Shown here in pieces: positions 36,666 to 48,533 of a stretch of DNA of 64,000 nucleotides. Numbering within the stretch: the first letter of the stretch is position 1; the number at the start of each line of letters is the position of its first letter. Both the position numbers and the translations under genes were made by a program. Origin of the DNA: Oopsacas minuta (taxonomy: Eukaryota > Animalia > Porifera); assembly GCA_024704765.1 (NCBI GenBank), contig JAKMXF010000310.1, positions 310,001 to 374,000 of the forward strand, written 5' to 3'. The notes below the pieces were generated by a model. That model had not been told where the DNA came from. It saw only the letters and a list, made by a program, of their open reading frames with translations, and made no database searches.

Positions 36666-37168
36666 TGAGGGACTGGCTATATATGGGAATAAGGAGAATT
36701 GAATGAGAGAGTTGTGTGATTCTACTTTAGTAATCTTGAAGTATGTTGCTATTGTTGCATAAATATTGAGGAATGGATAATAAAGCACTGCTCTGTTAAA
36801 GATAAAACTTATGTACTGAGAACTTGATTAGTACTTTTATCCAAACCGTTTTCAATTTTTTAAAGGAATTATATAGGAAAATATTCAGGAAAAGACATAG
36901 CCCGGCTAGAATATCACTATGTATTACTATTTGTTCTCCCCAAGGGGATACGTCTTATCAGAGTTCCACTGTATTTCATTTGCGAATTTAAATACTTAAT
37001 ATAAACTCCAATCATCATATTATAGATCTACGTTCGGCAAATAATCGAAAATAGCACTAATGAAATGCTGCAATAATTCAAAGTGATAATTACATATAAT
37101 AAATCTATAAAGAAATACAACAGTAATGTACATAAAGAGATAGAACAACCAAATAATACAATATTAAG

Positions 37169-38074
37169 CTAATCAAGAGGTGTGTCACAGAAAGGTGTGA
37201 AGTCGTAATCACAGTCGAGTTTAACATTAACTAGTTTACAAGGATATCCGTCAATATTAACCTCATGTAGCGAGTAGTTATCTATAGAAGATAATGCTGT
37301 TTCTAGACCTGTTATATGATCTCTACGGAAACTCAACATCTTCTGATTGAAGTATAAATCCTTATCTCTCTTCCTATCTACAAGATGATTGTGATAGAAT
37401 GTGTCATAACCTGTGGTTATACCCTCAGGTTTAGATATCTGTAGTCCAGCTTTTCTAACACGTAATTGGAACTCATCGTCCTCTCTCCCCCACCCCCAGA
37501 ATATATTAGAGAATCCGTTAACTAATCTAAAGTGTTCGTTAGTCAGCAGTAATATACCACCAAAAAATTTATCATAATGGTATTGAGGGTGTAGGTCAGG
37601 ACTGGTTAGATGGGAGGGGCCGGACAAAGGGAACCTGTAGCTGATATTGTGATTGAGGGGAAGCAGGTCAACGTCATGGAGACAAATATACTCATTGGAA
37701 TTTGAAGTTAAGATGAAACCAAGATTTAACAGTAGACCCCTATTGAATCTATGATTATCCACTTGATTGAGTATCCATATAGAGAACGGTATCTTCTGCA
37801 GAGTCAGGAAATCTGACAAATAAGGTACTATTTCTACTAACTCACGGAATCTGTCTCTATATGGGATAAGAACTGCTAGTCTCTCTGTCTGCCAACCATC
37901 CCTCCCTAATTCTGGAGAATTTAATTCTAATTTTATATTAGTAACCGGTGCATTTCTACAGACCGGACATGATACTGATTCCTGTGTATTAGTACTAACT
38001 GGGTATAGGAATAGTAGGATGAAGCAGTTTAATGCGATTAGTATAGCTATAATGATTCTGAATAAAGTCTTCAT
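37169..38074 (-). CDS. B4GALT7: Xylosylprotein beta-1,4-galactosyltransferase 7
   Basis: Type II anchor; LAVLIPYRDR, NQVDNHRFNR, HDVDLLP (DxD), HPQYHY, FWGWGREDDEF. Confidence 0.96.
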   Translation of the reverse strand: MKTLFRIIIAILIALNCFILLFLYPVSTNTQESVSCPVCRNAPVTNIKLELNSPELGRDGWQTERLAVLIPYRDRFRELVEIVPYLSDFLTLQKIPFSIWILNQVDNHRFNRGLLLNLGFILTSNSNEYICLHDVDLLPLNHNISYRFPLSGPSHLTSPDLHPQYHYDKFFGGILLLTNEHFRLVNGFSNIFWGWGREDDEFQLRVRKAGLQISKPEGITTGYDTFYHNHLVDRKRDKDLYFNQKMLSFRRDHITGLETALSSIDNYSLHEVNIDGYPCKLVNVKLDCDYDFTPFCDTPLD

Positions 38075-38724
38075 AGGTATCTGAATTTATAAGTAATATT
38101 AGGATTATTAAAGCATAGCCTATGATTAAAGGAAGACAGAATTAAACATAAGTCATCTATAGGTCAGACCATGACCTGGTCAGCCAGACTAATTGAGCAG
38201 CATTTTACTTGAATTATTAGTTACACCGTAACCTATGTAGGCCACGCATACATGAAATATATTTATTGTGTATACTACGTACTTGTTAGCTGGGGCGTAA
38301 CTGGAGATCCCAGAGCGAGGAGCCAAGGATGGATAATTGCCTCAATATAATGGCGATTACAATGGGGAGATGAGGCAACGCCCGAAAAAGCGAGGAGGCA
38401 ACTGCCTCCACTGCCTCAATGGTAGTTACGCCCTAGGTTAGTAAGATTAACCCTTTACTGCTGGAAAAAATTCGAATTTTTGTGGGAATTGGGTAACAAG
38501 TAATGCTAAAAATTTAGTTCGGATTCATCACGCTCGTAAAGCACATATCGTAATAGGTTAATCGGTAACTACGTAACTAACAGATTCAACATATTACTAT
38601 ACATCAGTTATATACGGAGATAAGATTGATTTGTACCTATCTAATAGTAAAATTCCAATGACAAATTGTAAGATATAATATAGGGATAGAAGTGACTTAA
38701 GTGATCAGGTTAATCCGCTTGCAA

Positions 38725-39954
38725 TTAGCAAGGAGCCTCAATGGGTACAGATACGAATTTATTAAGTGTACTCCCACCGCTCTTTGGGGTAATCCTCTCT
38801 ATAAGAAGTCTCTCTCTTGAGCTGTCAGAACAGGTTGGTAGTCTGGGACACTTTGATGTGAATACACTAACACTACCATTCTTGTCCTGAGCACTGCTCC
38901 ATTTGTCGATATTATATCTTCCAGCTCCCACGTCATTATTAGCCTGTGTAAAGTCATTCCAGAATCTCTTATCAGTCCTTTCTGTCGAGGAGAAGAATGG
39001 TTTGTTGCTTGAGGTAGGTCTAGAGAGCATTTTAACGGTATAGTGGGTGGGACCAGGATCTGTGAGGGGTCGGGGACACTGTGAGATGGTACTACAGTAT
39101 ATTCTCTCAGATGGTTGTTTGTTGAAATGATCTAAAGTGCTGAATCTACCTTTACATCCCATATGCTCATCTTCCCATTCATTAATGAACGATTTTATAG
39201 AATAGTGTCCAGGTCCTAGAGTATTCCACTTAACTTGTTCAGCTGCTAAATGTCCATTAGGGACAGGGTCAGTACGCTTTCCAGTGAACAGATCATAAGG
39301 ACCTCTCTTGCTAGTCTTGTTACGAATACACTGGTTTATAGAACTCTCTATACCGTATAGAGCAGGACTAAGTCCACTACCATAAGGGAGCTGGAGCTCT
39401 CTACCTTTCCCGCCATTATTCAGCATTCCAATCCTCCCATGAGATTGCTTTGCTCTATCTTCAGTACAAGCTGAAGGGATACCGTCTTTTCCATATGAAC
39501 CAGGTGCAGGGTTCCGAAAGAGATCCTCATTACCCGGTAAGAGGCGAGGTCCTGTGGTGTCACAAATTCCCTTTGTGCTTCGGGGGCGACTGTTCATATG
39601 GTCTATGAATGTTTGGTTGTGGTACATCCCTGGTCCCCTGCTCTCATTCAGGGCATGGTTCTTGTTCCACTGGTCTCTGTAGGAGTGACGAGGTTGTTTC
39701 GCAGCAGCCTCAGTTAGGTACATGGTCTTCCAATCCATCCCTCGAATATCTGGGGGATCCTTGGATTGGATAGAGTCCCAACCGATGTTATACGTCCCTG
39801 GTCCTAGTTTTGCATTGTTGGGGCTTGTGAGTTTCTTGCAGTAGGGGACCTGTGTGAAGGTGCCTGGTACCTTCCTCTGGGGATATACACCTGACACATC
39901 AAACCTAGCTGTCTGAGTACCAAAGGGAGCACCGCCAAACTTTTTCTCAGCCAT
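38725..39954 (-). CDS. LEXM: Lymphocyte expansion molecule / ciliary microtubule-associated protein 2, with PGP repeats
   Basis: N-terminus KKFGGAPFGTQTARFDVSGVYP; repeated LGPGTY, GPGMY, PAPGSY and LGPGHY motifs; start at MAEKK by homology. Confidence 0.85.
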   Translation of the reverse strand: MAEKKFGGAPFGTQTARFDVSGVYPQRKVPGTFTQVPYCKKLTSPNNAKLGPGTYNIGWDSIQSKDPPDIRGMDWKTMYLTEAAAKQPRHSYRDQWNKNHALNESRGPGMYHNQTFIDHMNSRPRSTKGICDTTGPRLLPGNEDLFRNPAPGSYGKDGIPSACTEDRAKQSHGRIGMLNNGGKGRELQLPYGSGLSPALYGIESSINQCIRNKTSKRGPYDLFTGKRTDPVPNGHLAAEQVKWNTLGPGHYSIKSFINEWEDEHMGCKGRFSTLDHFNKQPSERIYCSTISQCPRPLTDPGPTHYTVKMLSRPTSSNKPFFSSTERTDKRFWNDFTQANNDVGAGRYNIDKWSSAQDKNGSVSVFTSKCPRLPTCSDSSRERLLIERITPKSGGSTLNKFVSVPIEAPC

Positions 39955-40850
39955 TCTGACTAAATTATACAAAATAAAATGATCCGAGAAACTAACAGAC
40001 TTATAATTGATATTTGTACAGCTCTGCTGACAGGGCAATGAACATGAATATATTTAAACAGAATAACAACATTATGAAGTGAGTTATCATTCTGTAGATA
40101 CAGTTCGTTGAATATATAAATTTGTAAGAATCTTTGTTCTGAGAAACCCAAAAATTTCAATTCATCATAGCGATAAATATGTCTTTTTCCTGATTTAGCA
40201 CAAAAATGATTATTCCAGAATATTTGTAGTAGAATTCCCAACTTCTCGAGGTAAATTTCAATGGTGCGAGGCATAATTCCTCTAAAGAATGCCCCATTCC
40301 CCGAATTTAGAGGTTCGTTTCTAAAAAAATGAATGAAGGTGGACCAAAATTGCCCCACTTATAGAGGTTTCCCATTTATAGATACCTCACTTATAGAGGT
40401 TGTACTGTCGAATACAAATATATTGACATTCGGTTGGCAAAGGAATATCAACATTTCGCTAATAATATTCTGTTGAACTGAAATGAACTATCCGACAAAC
40501 ACACATCCAGCATATAATTGATGATCTCTAATTGTAAATGTTCTGTATTTAAAATTATTCCTTCCGTACAGCTGTCCCGGCCATGGCGGGACATTAATTT
40601 TTATCATAAATTGTTAGTTCTATTGCTGATGGGCGGCTTAGCTGTCCGGTTATATTAGATGGTCGGACCGGTTTTCCTGAGCTGATATTATATATCTTGT
40701 ATTTATATAATCAGCTAGCATAGTATATGACCTCCCAAGTTAACAGGAAGGGGAGAAACTGTTCCAAGCAGTTTATCAAGAACCAGAATAATTGTAAACA
40801 AATATAGAATATTAGTATACGTACATAAAATAATTTTGACAAATATCAAA

Positions 40851-42365
40851 ATGAAACTAATCAGGCGTCGGAAGATATTAACATGCTTGCTATTACTGAT
40901 AATAGTTATACTGATAACATACCTAAAGAACACAGATGATACACAACTCGTATATACAGAAACTAAAGATTACATTAGTGCTAATAAAGTAGATTGTGGA
41001 GTAGAGAGATTGTTAGCCAGTGCACACAGACCTAAGTTTGTCAGATTTAAGTGGTATTTCCAGAATGGAGGTCCGCAAATAGAAGGATACAGCGGTCCCT
41101 CAGCAGTGGAAGTTTTCAAGCCTTTGAATTTCGTACAGACAGACAATGATGATTGGGATCTGCTCTGGAGCATGGTCCCTCAGTGGGATCACTTCCCAAA
41201 TGGAGTCCCTAAGAAATGGCAAGTACACAATCATTGTTTTAATCTAGCAAACTTCAAAGGAATATCAGGAGATAAAATATCACAATGGGAGAAGTTCATT
41301 TGCATGCAGAATAAGTTCGGTAAAGAAGTAATCAACTACATGCCAGATAGTTTTATTCCTCCCCACCAATACAATCAGTTTCCTAAAAGAATTGATAAAG
41401 AGGAATCCTGGATAGTTAAACCATCTATCGGGAAGAAAGGACTGGGAGTCAAGATCTATAACAGTACAACTGAGGTATACAAATACATGCAATCAGGACT
41501 AGCAGGAAATGTAGTTATTCAGAAGTACATACATGATCCATTCTTGATTGGAGGTAGGAAGTTCCACCTCCGTCTATACCTTGTGGTAACAAACCTAATT
41601 CCATTGAGAGTATTACTACATAAAGAAGGTCTGGTCTTATTTGCAAGCAACAAATATTCCTGGAGTAGTGAGGAGGATTTAACTGATATGTCTAAACAGC
41701 TGACCAATGCAGCTGTAGCAGATCGTATGAAGAAAGGAAGCACTGCTAATTCTATGTTATTCTCAGAGCTAATATCTGTCATGTCTACTCAGTATAGGAT
41801 AGATACAGATAAGGTTATCAGAGAGATTGAAGACTTGATGGTTAAGCTAGTGCTCAGTCAGCAATGTAATGAAGAGTTTGAGTACCATACTATTGGTACA
41901 TGTTTTGATATAATAGGAGCAGATGTATTACTTGACTCTAATCTCAAGCCTCATCTCCTAGAATCTAACAACGGACCTGAGATGTACACAGCTGATCCCG
42001 TGACGAGGAGAGCTAACGATCTGGCGCACAAATCTCTTCTTAATGACGTCATACCACTTGTAACCAGGACATACAATAGAGATTACTGGGAGAAGAAAGA
42101 GTTCGTGGAAAGAGTTGAGAGGTTTAAACTAAAGCACAATTATAAGAGTTGTTCAGATGGAACAGGAGTAATGGGGGAGAAATGTCTGAGAGAGGAAGAT
42201 CTGTATGAATTATGGCTATCCTTCTATGAACATAATCATCTGAACAATCTAACTCTAATATATCCTAATTCTAATAGTGTAGATGGGTATCAAAAGTATT
42301 GGGTGAGAGAGAAGTCAGAATATGACCAACTCCTATATCAGTGGGTTCATTCAAATAAATATTAA
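40851..42365 (+). CDS. Tubulin-tyrosine-ligase-like (ATP-grasp) protein with N-terminal signal anchor
   Basis: [59 protein letters not shown]; N-terminus MKLIRRRK followed by a hydrophobic 17-mer. Confidence 0.88.
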   Translation: MKLIRRRKILTCLLLLIIVILITYLKNTDDTQLVYTETKDYISANKVDCGVERLLASAHRPKFVRFKWYFQNGGPQIEGYSGPSAVEVFKPLNFVQTDNDDWDLLWSMVPQWDHFPNGVPKKWQVHNHCFNLANFKGISGDKISQWEKFICMQNKFGKEVINYMPDSFIPPHQYNQFPKRIDKEESWIVKPSIGKKGLGVKIYNSTTEVYKYMQSGLAGNVVIQKYIHDPFLIGGRKFHLRLYLVVTNLIPLRVLLHKEGLVLFASNKYSWSSEEDLTDMSKQLTNAAVADRMKKGSTANSMLFSELISVMSTQYRIDTDKVIREIEDLMVKLVLSQQCNEEFEYHTIGTCFDIIGADVLLDSNLKPHLLESNNGPEMYTADPVTRRANDLAHKSLLNDVIPLVTRTYNRDYWEKKEFVERVERFKLKHNYKSCSDGTGVMGEKCLREEDLYELWLSFYEHNHLNNLTLIYPNSNSVDGYQKYWVREKSEYDQLLYQWVHSNKY

Positions 42366-42419
42366 ACAAATTATTTCTCAATTAACATACATAGTAATCA
42401 ATATTATTAAATCACAATT

Positions 42420-42420
42420 G

Positions 42421-42456
<36 letters not shown>

Positions 42457-43010
42457 TTGTTTGTTTGTTTGTTTGTTTGTTTGTTTCTCCGTTGTCCCGG
42501 AAAGGATTTACTGTATGCAATTTTGAAATTGTCGCATAACTATGTATTTATCGTGTTCATCAAGGAAGTAAATTGAATTCAATAAAACTTCACTAAATAT
42601 ATCGAACATGTTGAATCCGATTTTCACACTTTTGGATTAATCATATGGAAATTTATTGTTGGTTTTATGAATGTAAAGTAAACAAATTTCAAAATTGAGG
42701 TAGAATCATACTTTCAACGACTATCTGGGGTATTCGAGTATGCTGAGTCCGAATATGGTACTATAAACAATATATTGTAAATATTTGTTTACTTTTAGGT
42801 GCATAAAGTAAACAAATTTCAAAATTTAGGTAGAATCATGCTTTCAACGATTCTACTGGGGTAATCGAGTATGCTAAGTCTGATTATTATAAACAACATC
42901 AATATTATTAAATCTCAATTGTTGTTTGTCTGTTTGCTTGTCCGTTGAATGCCTCGAGGCGCAATGCGCCGAGTTCATCACGAAGCGATGAGCCAAAGCT
43001 TGTTAGTATG
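42420..43010 (-). repeat. Long copy of the dispersed repeat, including a (TGTC)n(TGTT)n microsatellite at 42422-42485 and a duplicated internal module
   Basis: Reverse complement of 19090-19490; module ggtagaatcat.ctttcaacga appears twice (42700, 42830). Confidence 0.8.
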
Positions 43011-43611
43011 AAAATTCATATCCTATCCGTAGTATATAGGGGAAAAATGAAAGGTTATAAATACTAAACAGTACCATTACAGGGTGCTACTTTTATACCA
43101 ATTTTGAAATGTTTTTTCGTCTTTGGGACAGGTTTAGTATTCAACAAGGAATTTACAATAAATAATAGCGCGCTTCGCTTACTCGCGCTACGCTGTTGAG
43201 AACACTCTGTGTCCGCACTCGAATACATAAACTCAAAATCTTAACCGTAGCAAACATGATACTGCCAGAATCTTTAAATCTGCTTACTGTCCCCAAAAGT
43301 GAACAAATATTTATGAAATGTTGTTTACAATATCATATTTGGACTCAGTATATTCGATTACCTCAATATAGCATTTGAAAGTATGATTCAACCTCAATTT
43401 AGAAATTTGTTTCCTATACAATAAATTTCCATATGAGAAACTTGAAAATGCGAAATTCGGATTAGTTACCCCTGGGTAGCCGTTTAGAGCCAGCCTGTAC
43501 GTACATTTTGAGATTTGGAGAATTTGTTTACTTTATATTCATAAAAACAACAATAAATTTATATATGATAGATCCAAAGGTGTGAAAATCAGATTCAACA
43601 TGTTCGATATA

Positions 43612-46256
43612 ACGGGTGAGCACTAAAAATTAGACAAATTTCATCCTGTTTGAGCTTGTATCAATTATCAACAGAGTATTGTATAATTCTATCATATTTG
43701 TTTAATTACATTTTAATTTAGCTAGAACTCAATGGATCGCTGTTAATGGGCCATTGTCTGCAGATTTTCGGATATTCGTCTTGACACTTGAAAATAACCT
43801 TTGGACAATTGAAAATTCCACTTGCCTGGTTGATTTCCGAATCCTTTGCTTCAACCTTCTGAAGGATTTAGCTTCCCACCCACCTTCATAAACTTTGGAT
43901 TTCAAATAACCCCAGGATTCCTTAATTGGCCTTAATTGAGGTGTATTAGGAGGGTTAGCAGATTTTGGAATATATGGGATATTTAGACCTTCAAGAAGTT
44001 TAAGCGTATCTTTCGCATAATGGCTACTTGCTAGATCAGGCCAGAAGTAATATTTACCCTCATCATGAAACTTTTCTAAGAAAGGAATTAGATGCTTTTT
44101 TACAGGGTGGCTCCAAAGTTCTGATACAAACCATTTTGTCTATAATATTTATTCAGCATGACCTACATTATTGATTCTCTATATATAATTAATACATACT
44201 ATTAGGAAGAGATTGCCTAGTCATTTATTCAATATAACCACCCTTTTTGGAAATGACAGCCCTGAGTCTGTTCGGGAATCCTTCTACTGCGGCACGCAGA
44301 GTTTCTTGGGGTATCTTCTCCCATTCTCGACACAAGGAAATCTTTAGAGAGCTAACTGTGTTGTGTGACACAGAACAAGCCTTGTTTTCCAAGATAGACC
44401 ATACAGAATAGTCCATGGGATTTAAATCGGGACTGTATGGTGGCCATTCATCCTTATGTATAAAATTGGGAATATTGTGCTTCAGCCAATCTTGGGTCGT
44501 ATTGGCCGTATGGGCGGAGCACCATCTTGTTGGAAGACAAATTGCTGTCCAGAAAACATGGTCTGGCTCAGACCTTTTACCACAGGCTCTAATACAAGCT
44601 CTTGGTATGTTTTGGCATTGATTTTCACTCCTGGGGGATGAAAATCAGTGGTGTCCGACCAACAGCAGAGACCCCAGCCCAAACCATCACCGACAGTGGT
44701 TTCTTCATCCGACTGATATATCTGAACTTATCAGGGATCGCTGAAACTGAGGTCGAGATGACTCTGTCGTTTTGGCTATTTGTAGCCTCTTCAATGGTGA
44801 AAATTTTCTCATTTGAGAAAATGGTATTTTCGAGAACTCCAATAGCGTGTAGAGCAAGTAGGCTCTTGCTCCGGGACACTCTCTTTTCTTTCACCGACCC
44901 AGATAGGAATTGTACCTTTTTGCGTTTAAAAGAGCGCATTCCTAGGTCCCTTTTGACAACCTTTTGTATTGCTCGGCGAGATATATTGAGCTCCAAGGCC
45001 ATTTTCCTCATCGAACGGTGTGGGTTCCGCCGAATCCGTTCTCGCACCACTTTCTTGAGAGCTGAGGTCGTTACAGAGCATGGACGATCAGATCTCGGCT
45101 TGTCTACAGTGTCCCCAGTTTCCTTATATCGATTTATCGTCCTGTGGATAAATGCCCTACGTCCTTTTGCAATATTCAGCAGTTTCAAAATTTCTGATGG
45201 ACTTTTCCCCGGCATATGCAATTTAATAATTGCTGACCTCTCAGATTCCATGGTCAATCACAATTTTTTTTCGAAATAGAATACACCAAATTGAAATAAT
45301 ATTTGTTAGGAAGCGTATAAGATATGTCATGGGAGAGCAAACCATTGAGAATACTTCCTGATAATGGTTGTATATTAATCATGATTTTGTATCAGAACTT
45401 TGGAGCCACCCTGTATGCATTGATTTCGGTAAATTTCGCCAGTGACTGAAAGATTCCGAGGGCAAAAGTATGACTCCGATATGCCTTCTTTCGAAATTGC
45501 TAACCAAATTAAAAGTTTAGGTGGGTACTTGGATTTACTAATATAACTGATTCTAGGATTCAGAGACTTGGCTGAGAGAGATTCTGAAATATAATAACCC
45601 TTATTGACATTGATATTGTCATCCTTTAGTCCGAAATACGATTCGTCATCCATTACAATTTGAGTTGTGCTTGATGGGGGAAAAAAGTCTCTCCGTAATT
45701 TTAGACACCTGGACTTAGCCCTCAATTCTTGTTCAGGTTTGCTATCTGGGACTCGCTTACGTCTACGATGTGTAACACCATTCTCTTTGATAATCTTACG
45801 AACATATGATTGAGAGATATCGAATTTTCGAGCCATTTTTCTGGTGGAGACTCCTATTTTATTGCTAATTTTGCACAATAGAGATCGCCGGAGCCTCTTG
45901 GGCATTTTGACAGACTTGCGACCGCTACCCAACTTCCTGTTTAGGGTTCCTCTATTCTTGATAGTAGAAAATGATGTTATAGTAGATCTTGCGATTCCAA
46001 ACGTCAAAAAATGCTTAACTGTATAAGAAATCCCATGGTCATAATTTTTACGAAAAAATTGTCCAATAATGTGTCGTCGTTGTGTCACTTTCAAATGATC
46101 CATCTCCAGATGCTATGTTCTAAAATAATCGAAAATGGATTGAATTTGAAATCTATATACAAATAATGCATTGGTGAACAAAGATTTATGAATTTGGAAA
46201 TATCTCGTTGTTATGGTGAACTATAAAATATGTCTAAAATTTTAGTGCTCACCCGT
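43612..46256 (-). mobile_element. Tc1/mariner DD37E (ITmD37E/TRT-like) transposon, interrupted by a DD37D element
   Basis: TIRs acgggtgagcactaaaa(a/t)t(t)tagaca with TA TSD; removing the insert restores a 353-aa ORF (46103-45414 plus 44100-43729) with MDDESY, FWPDLASSHYA and NPPNTPQLRPIKESW. Confidence 0.92.
44103..45413 (-). mobile_element. Tc1/mariner DD37D (maT-like) transposon, frameshifted
   Basis: Perfect 28-bp TIR cagggtggctccaaagttctgatacaaa with TA TSD; transposase FSNEK..VMVWAGVS..FQQDGAP(A)H..WPPYSPDLNPMDYSVW; 37 residues between D2 and D3; frameshifts near 44640 and 44515. Confidence 0.93.
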
Positions 46257-46958
46257 TATTTAGTGAAGTTTTATTGAATTCTATTTACTTCCTTGATAAA
46301 CACGATAAATACATAGTTATGCTATCTATATGCTACAATTTCAAAATTGCATACAGTAAATCCTTTTCTTGACAACGGACAAACAAGCAAACTGAGAAGT
46401 TGGACAAGTTAGGATGACCTTCCCCTATCGTAGTCCCCTCTCCCGATTAATCTCTCCCTTCTTCTTCTTACTTTCATTTCACAACCCGTTCACTTGACTT
46501 ATACGTACTTATCACAAGATCACTTTAATCTTCATTTAGTCCTTAGCCTTTCAATACAGTGGATTCATATTCCTTCTTCAGTTGAAGACATTTTAACTAA
46601 CAATTCAAAAATTCGTGACTATTACATAAATGAGATACGGAATTATTCATATGCAGGGAATCTCGATTTCTGAAATGTACATTATCCGGACACTTTTGAG
46701 AGGTCCGAACAAGTTCGGCTAATGGAAGTGCACTGTACGTTCAGATTCGGTACGAAAAAGGATTAAAACAAGCTGGAATTCTATTGAAAGAATTATCACA
46801 ATCAGTTCCAATACTTCACTGAACCCTGAATGCATGCAAACAATAATACATCGTTCAGTGAATTTAATTTGTCAGTAAATCAGATAGATAGAATACTACA
46901 TTAAAAAGTATCACCTGATATGGCATAATGATGAGTTTGTGATTCTGTTAATAAAATA

Positions 46959-48533
46959 TTAAGAAGATAATCTTCTAACTAACTCCTGTCTCTGCTCAAC
47001 AAGTGAGGAGATTTGATCTCTCTCCTTCTTGCTCAAAGGCTTCTTCTTCTGTTTGGTAGAATTTAACTTTTTCCAAGCTTCACATAATTCATTATCCAGC
47101 TGTTCCAGCTGCAGTTTAATTTCTTGATTCAAAATTTCCTTCTGAACATCAAGAATGAGTTCTTTCCTCTGCTTTCGCATTTGCTGGGTAGTCAACTGTA
47201 ATTCTTTCTGTTTTCGTTTTAGCTCTGCTAATATTTCGTCTTCTTGTCCTGTCTCAGTGAAGAAGTCTGTGTCTTCTAGTACACCAAAACTAACCAACTC
47301 ACTCCTATACAAATATAAGAAATCGTTTGTATGTTGAAACAGTGGATTTCGTATATTAGCAACTCGTATTTTGCATATTTTCCTGTTGTTGATAGGGAAC
47401 TGAAATAATATCAAATCTCACTTGGCACCTGAGATTGTTATTGGTTGCAAATACGCGAACTCTACTGTATTTATATAATACAATGATAAAATAATACTTA
47501 TTTTTAAAGAAGCACATTTCTCAGATAGGATTAGAACTTATAAGTATGGCATATACCAGCATGCCGACTGTTCATATCTCAAGTCATCAAGTAGGGTACT
47601 AGAAGTCAATTTGTGTAAATACAGTAAACTTTCGTTATAAGTCATAATGAAGTCCTCAGACTTCGGTTTCATTTTGTTATAAGCGGAGTAAAGTCGATTA
47701 CTTTCAAGTTCCGAGCTATAGAGGGAAATTAATCACTTAGTGGTAACAGGAGTTTACTGTAAATGTAAATGTTATTTGTAAACAATAGTAATTACACAAT
47801 TTATATCGAAAGATATCCGTAGTTCCCACCTGACATTCTTCTCAATACTCTCAAAACAAATATCATCTTCAGTCACACCTACTGGAAGATAGTCAGATAG
47901 AGAATTACTGGAATCTTGTATTAAACTTCCCAGCAGCCTCAGAGTCAGAGGTCCAAACCCGTTAGTCTGAAGGGGAGGAGAGGGACTCTCTTCTTCTTCT
48001 CCCCAGCGAAGGAAGTAGTGCTTGCCTAGAGGGAGCGTATCCTGCCACTCCTCTTCCAGACCGCGTTTAGACAATTTCTTCATCGCTAATACTTCCTCTT
48101 GAGTAACAGTCTTGTAGAACTCGTCTACTCTATCCCAGAGATCTCCTGCACTTCTCACGACCTGTGAAAGTGTAGGAGACTGTAACTCTTCAGCTTCTAG
48201 AATGTTCTCTGATGTATCTACTTCAAGGAAATCTTGTTCCAGTTTAGGACGTTTGGTATCTCTCATTTTCTTATCTTTACTCGATCTAACCAGTTTAGAT
48301 TTATCCTTATATTGGTGGGATTCATGGTATAACTCTTGACGTACGGTAGAAATACTCTCCCAAGCTTCCTGAAGCTCTCTTCTCAGCTCCTGGAACTCTG
48401 CCTTACAACTAATCTGGCCACCACCGTACACACGACTTATAGAAGGGAACTCGTCCAGAATTCGTACTAAGTTCAAATCTTTGAGGTGCGAAACCACACG
48501 AAATTTATCAGAGCTCTTGCTAACTTGTTCCAT
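46959..48533 (-). CDS. TADA3: Transcriptional adapter 3; exons 48533-47830 and 47304-46959
   Basis: LWDRVDEFY, PLGKHYFLRW, FGPLTLRLL, EDEILAELKRKQKEL, KKKPLSKKERDQ; in-frame GT-AG intron. Confidence 0.9.

Larger units (their letters stand above)
43330..46392 (+). repeat. Dispersed repeat copy split by the DD37E transposon (host parts 43330-43611 and 46257-46392)
   Basis: The intact copy at ~19345 reads cgataTAtttagtgaag; here it reads cgataTA[element]TAtttagtgaag. Confidence 0.85.

Noticed and set aside
35613-36788. Longer ORF-track starts for PPP1R8 (also LEXM 40038, TTL 40836, dispanin-2 22884, dispanin-4 26633)
   Set aside because: Homology or paralog alignment begins at downstream Mets, and several track starts use non-ATG codons.
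39960-40358. 132-aa minus-strand ORF upstream of LEXM
   Set aside because: No recognisable domain; runs into a pogo-like TIR end at ~40360-40410, so it is likely MITE-derived.
42322-42576. 84-aa ORF with LSVC/LFVC repeats
   Set aside because: Translation of a tetranucleotide microsatellite within a repeat.
44602-45279. 225-aa plus-strand ORF
   Set aside because: Antisense shadow of the DD37D transposase.
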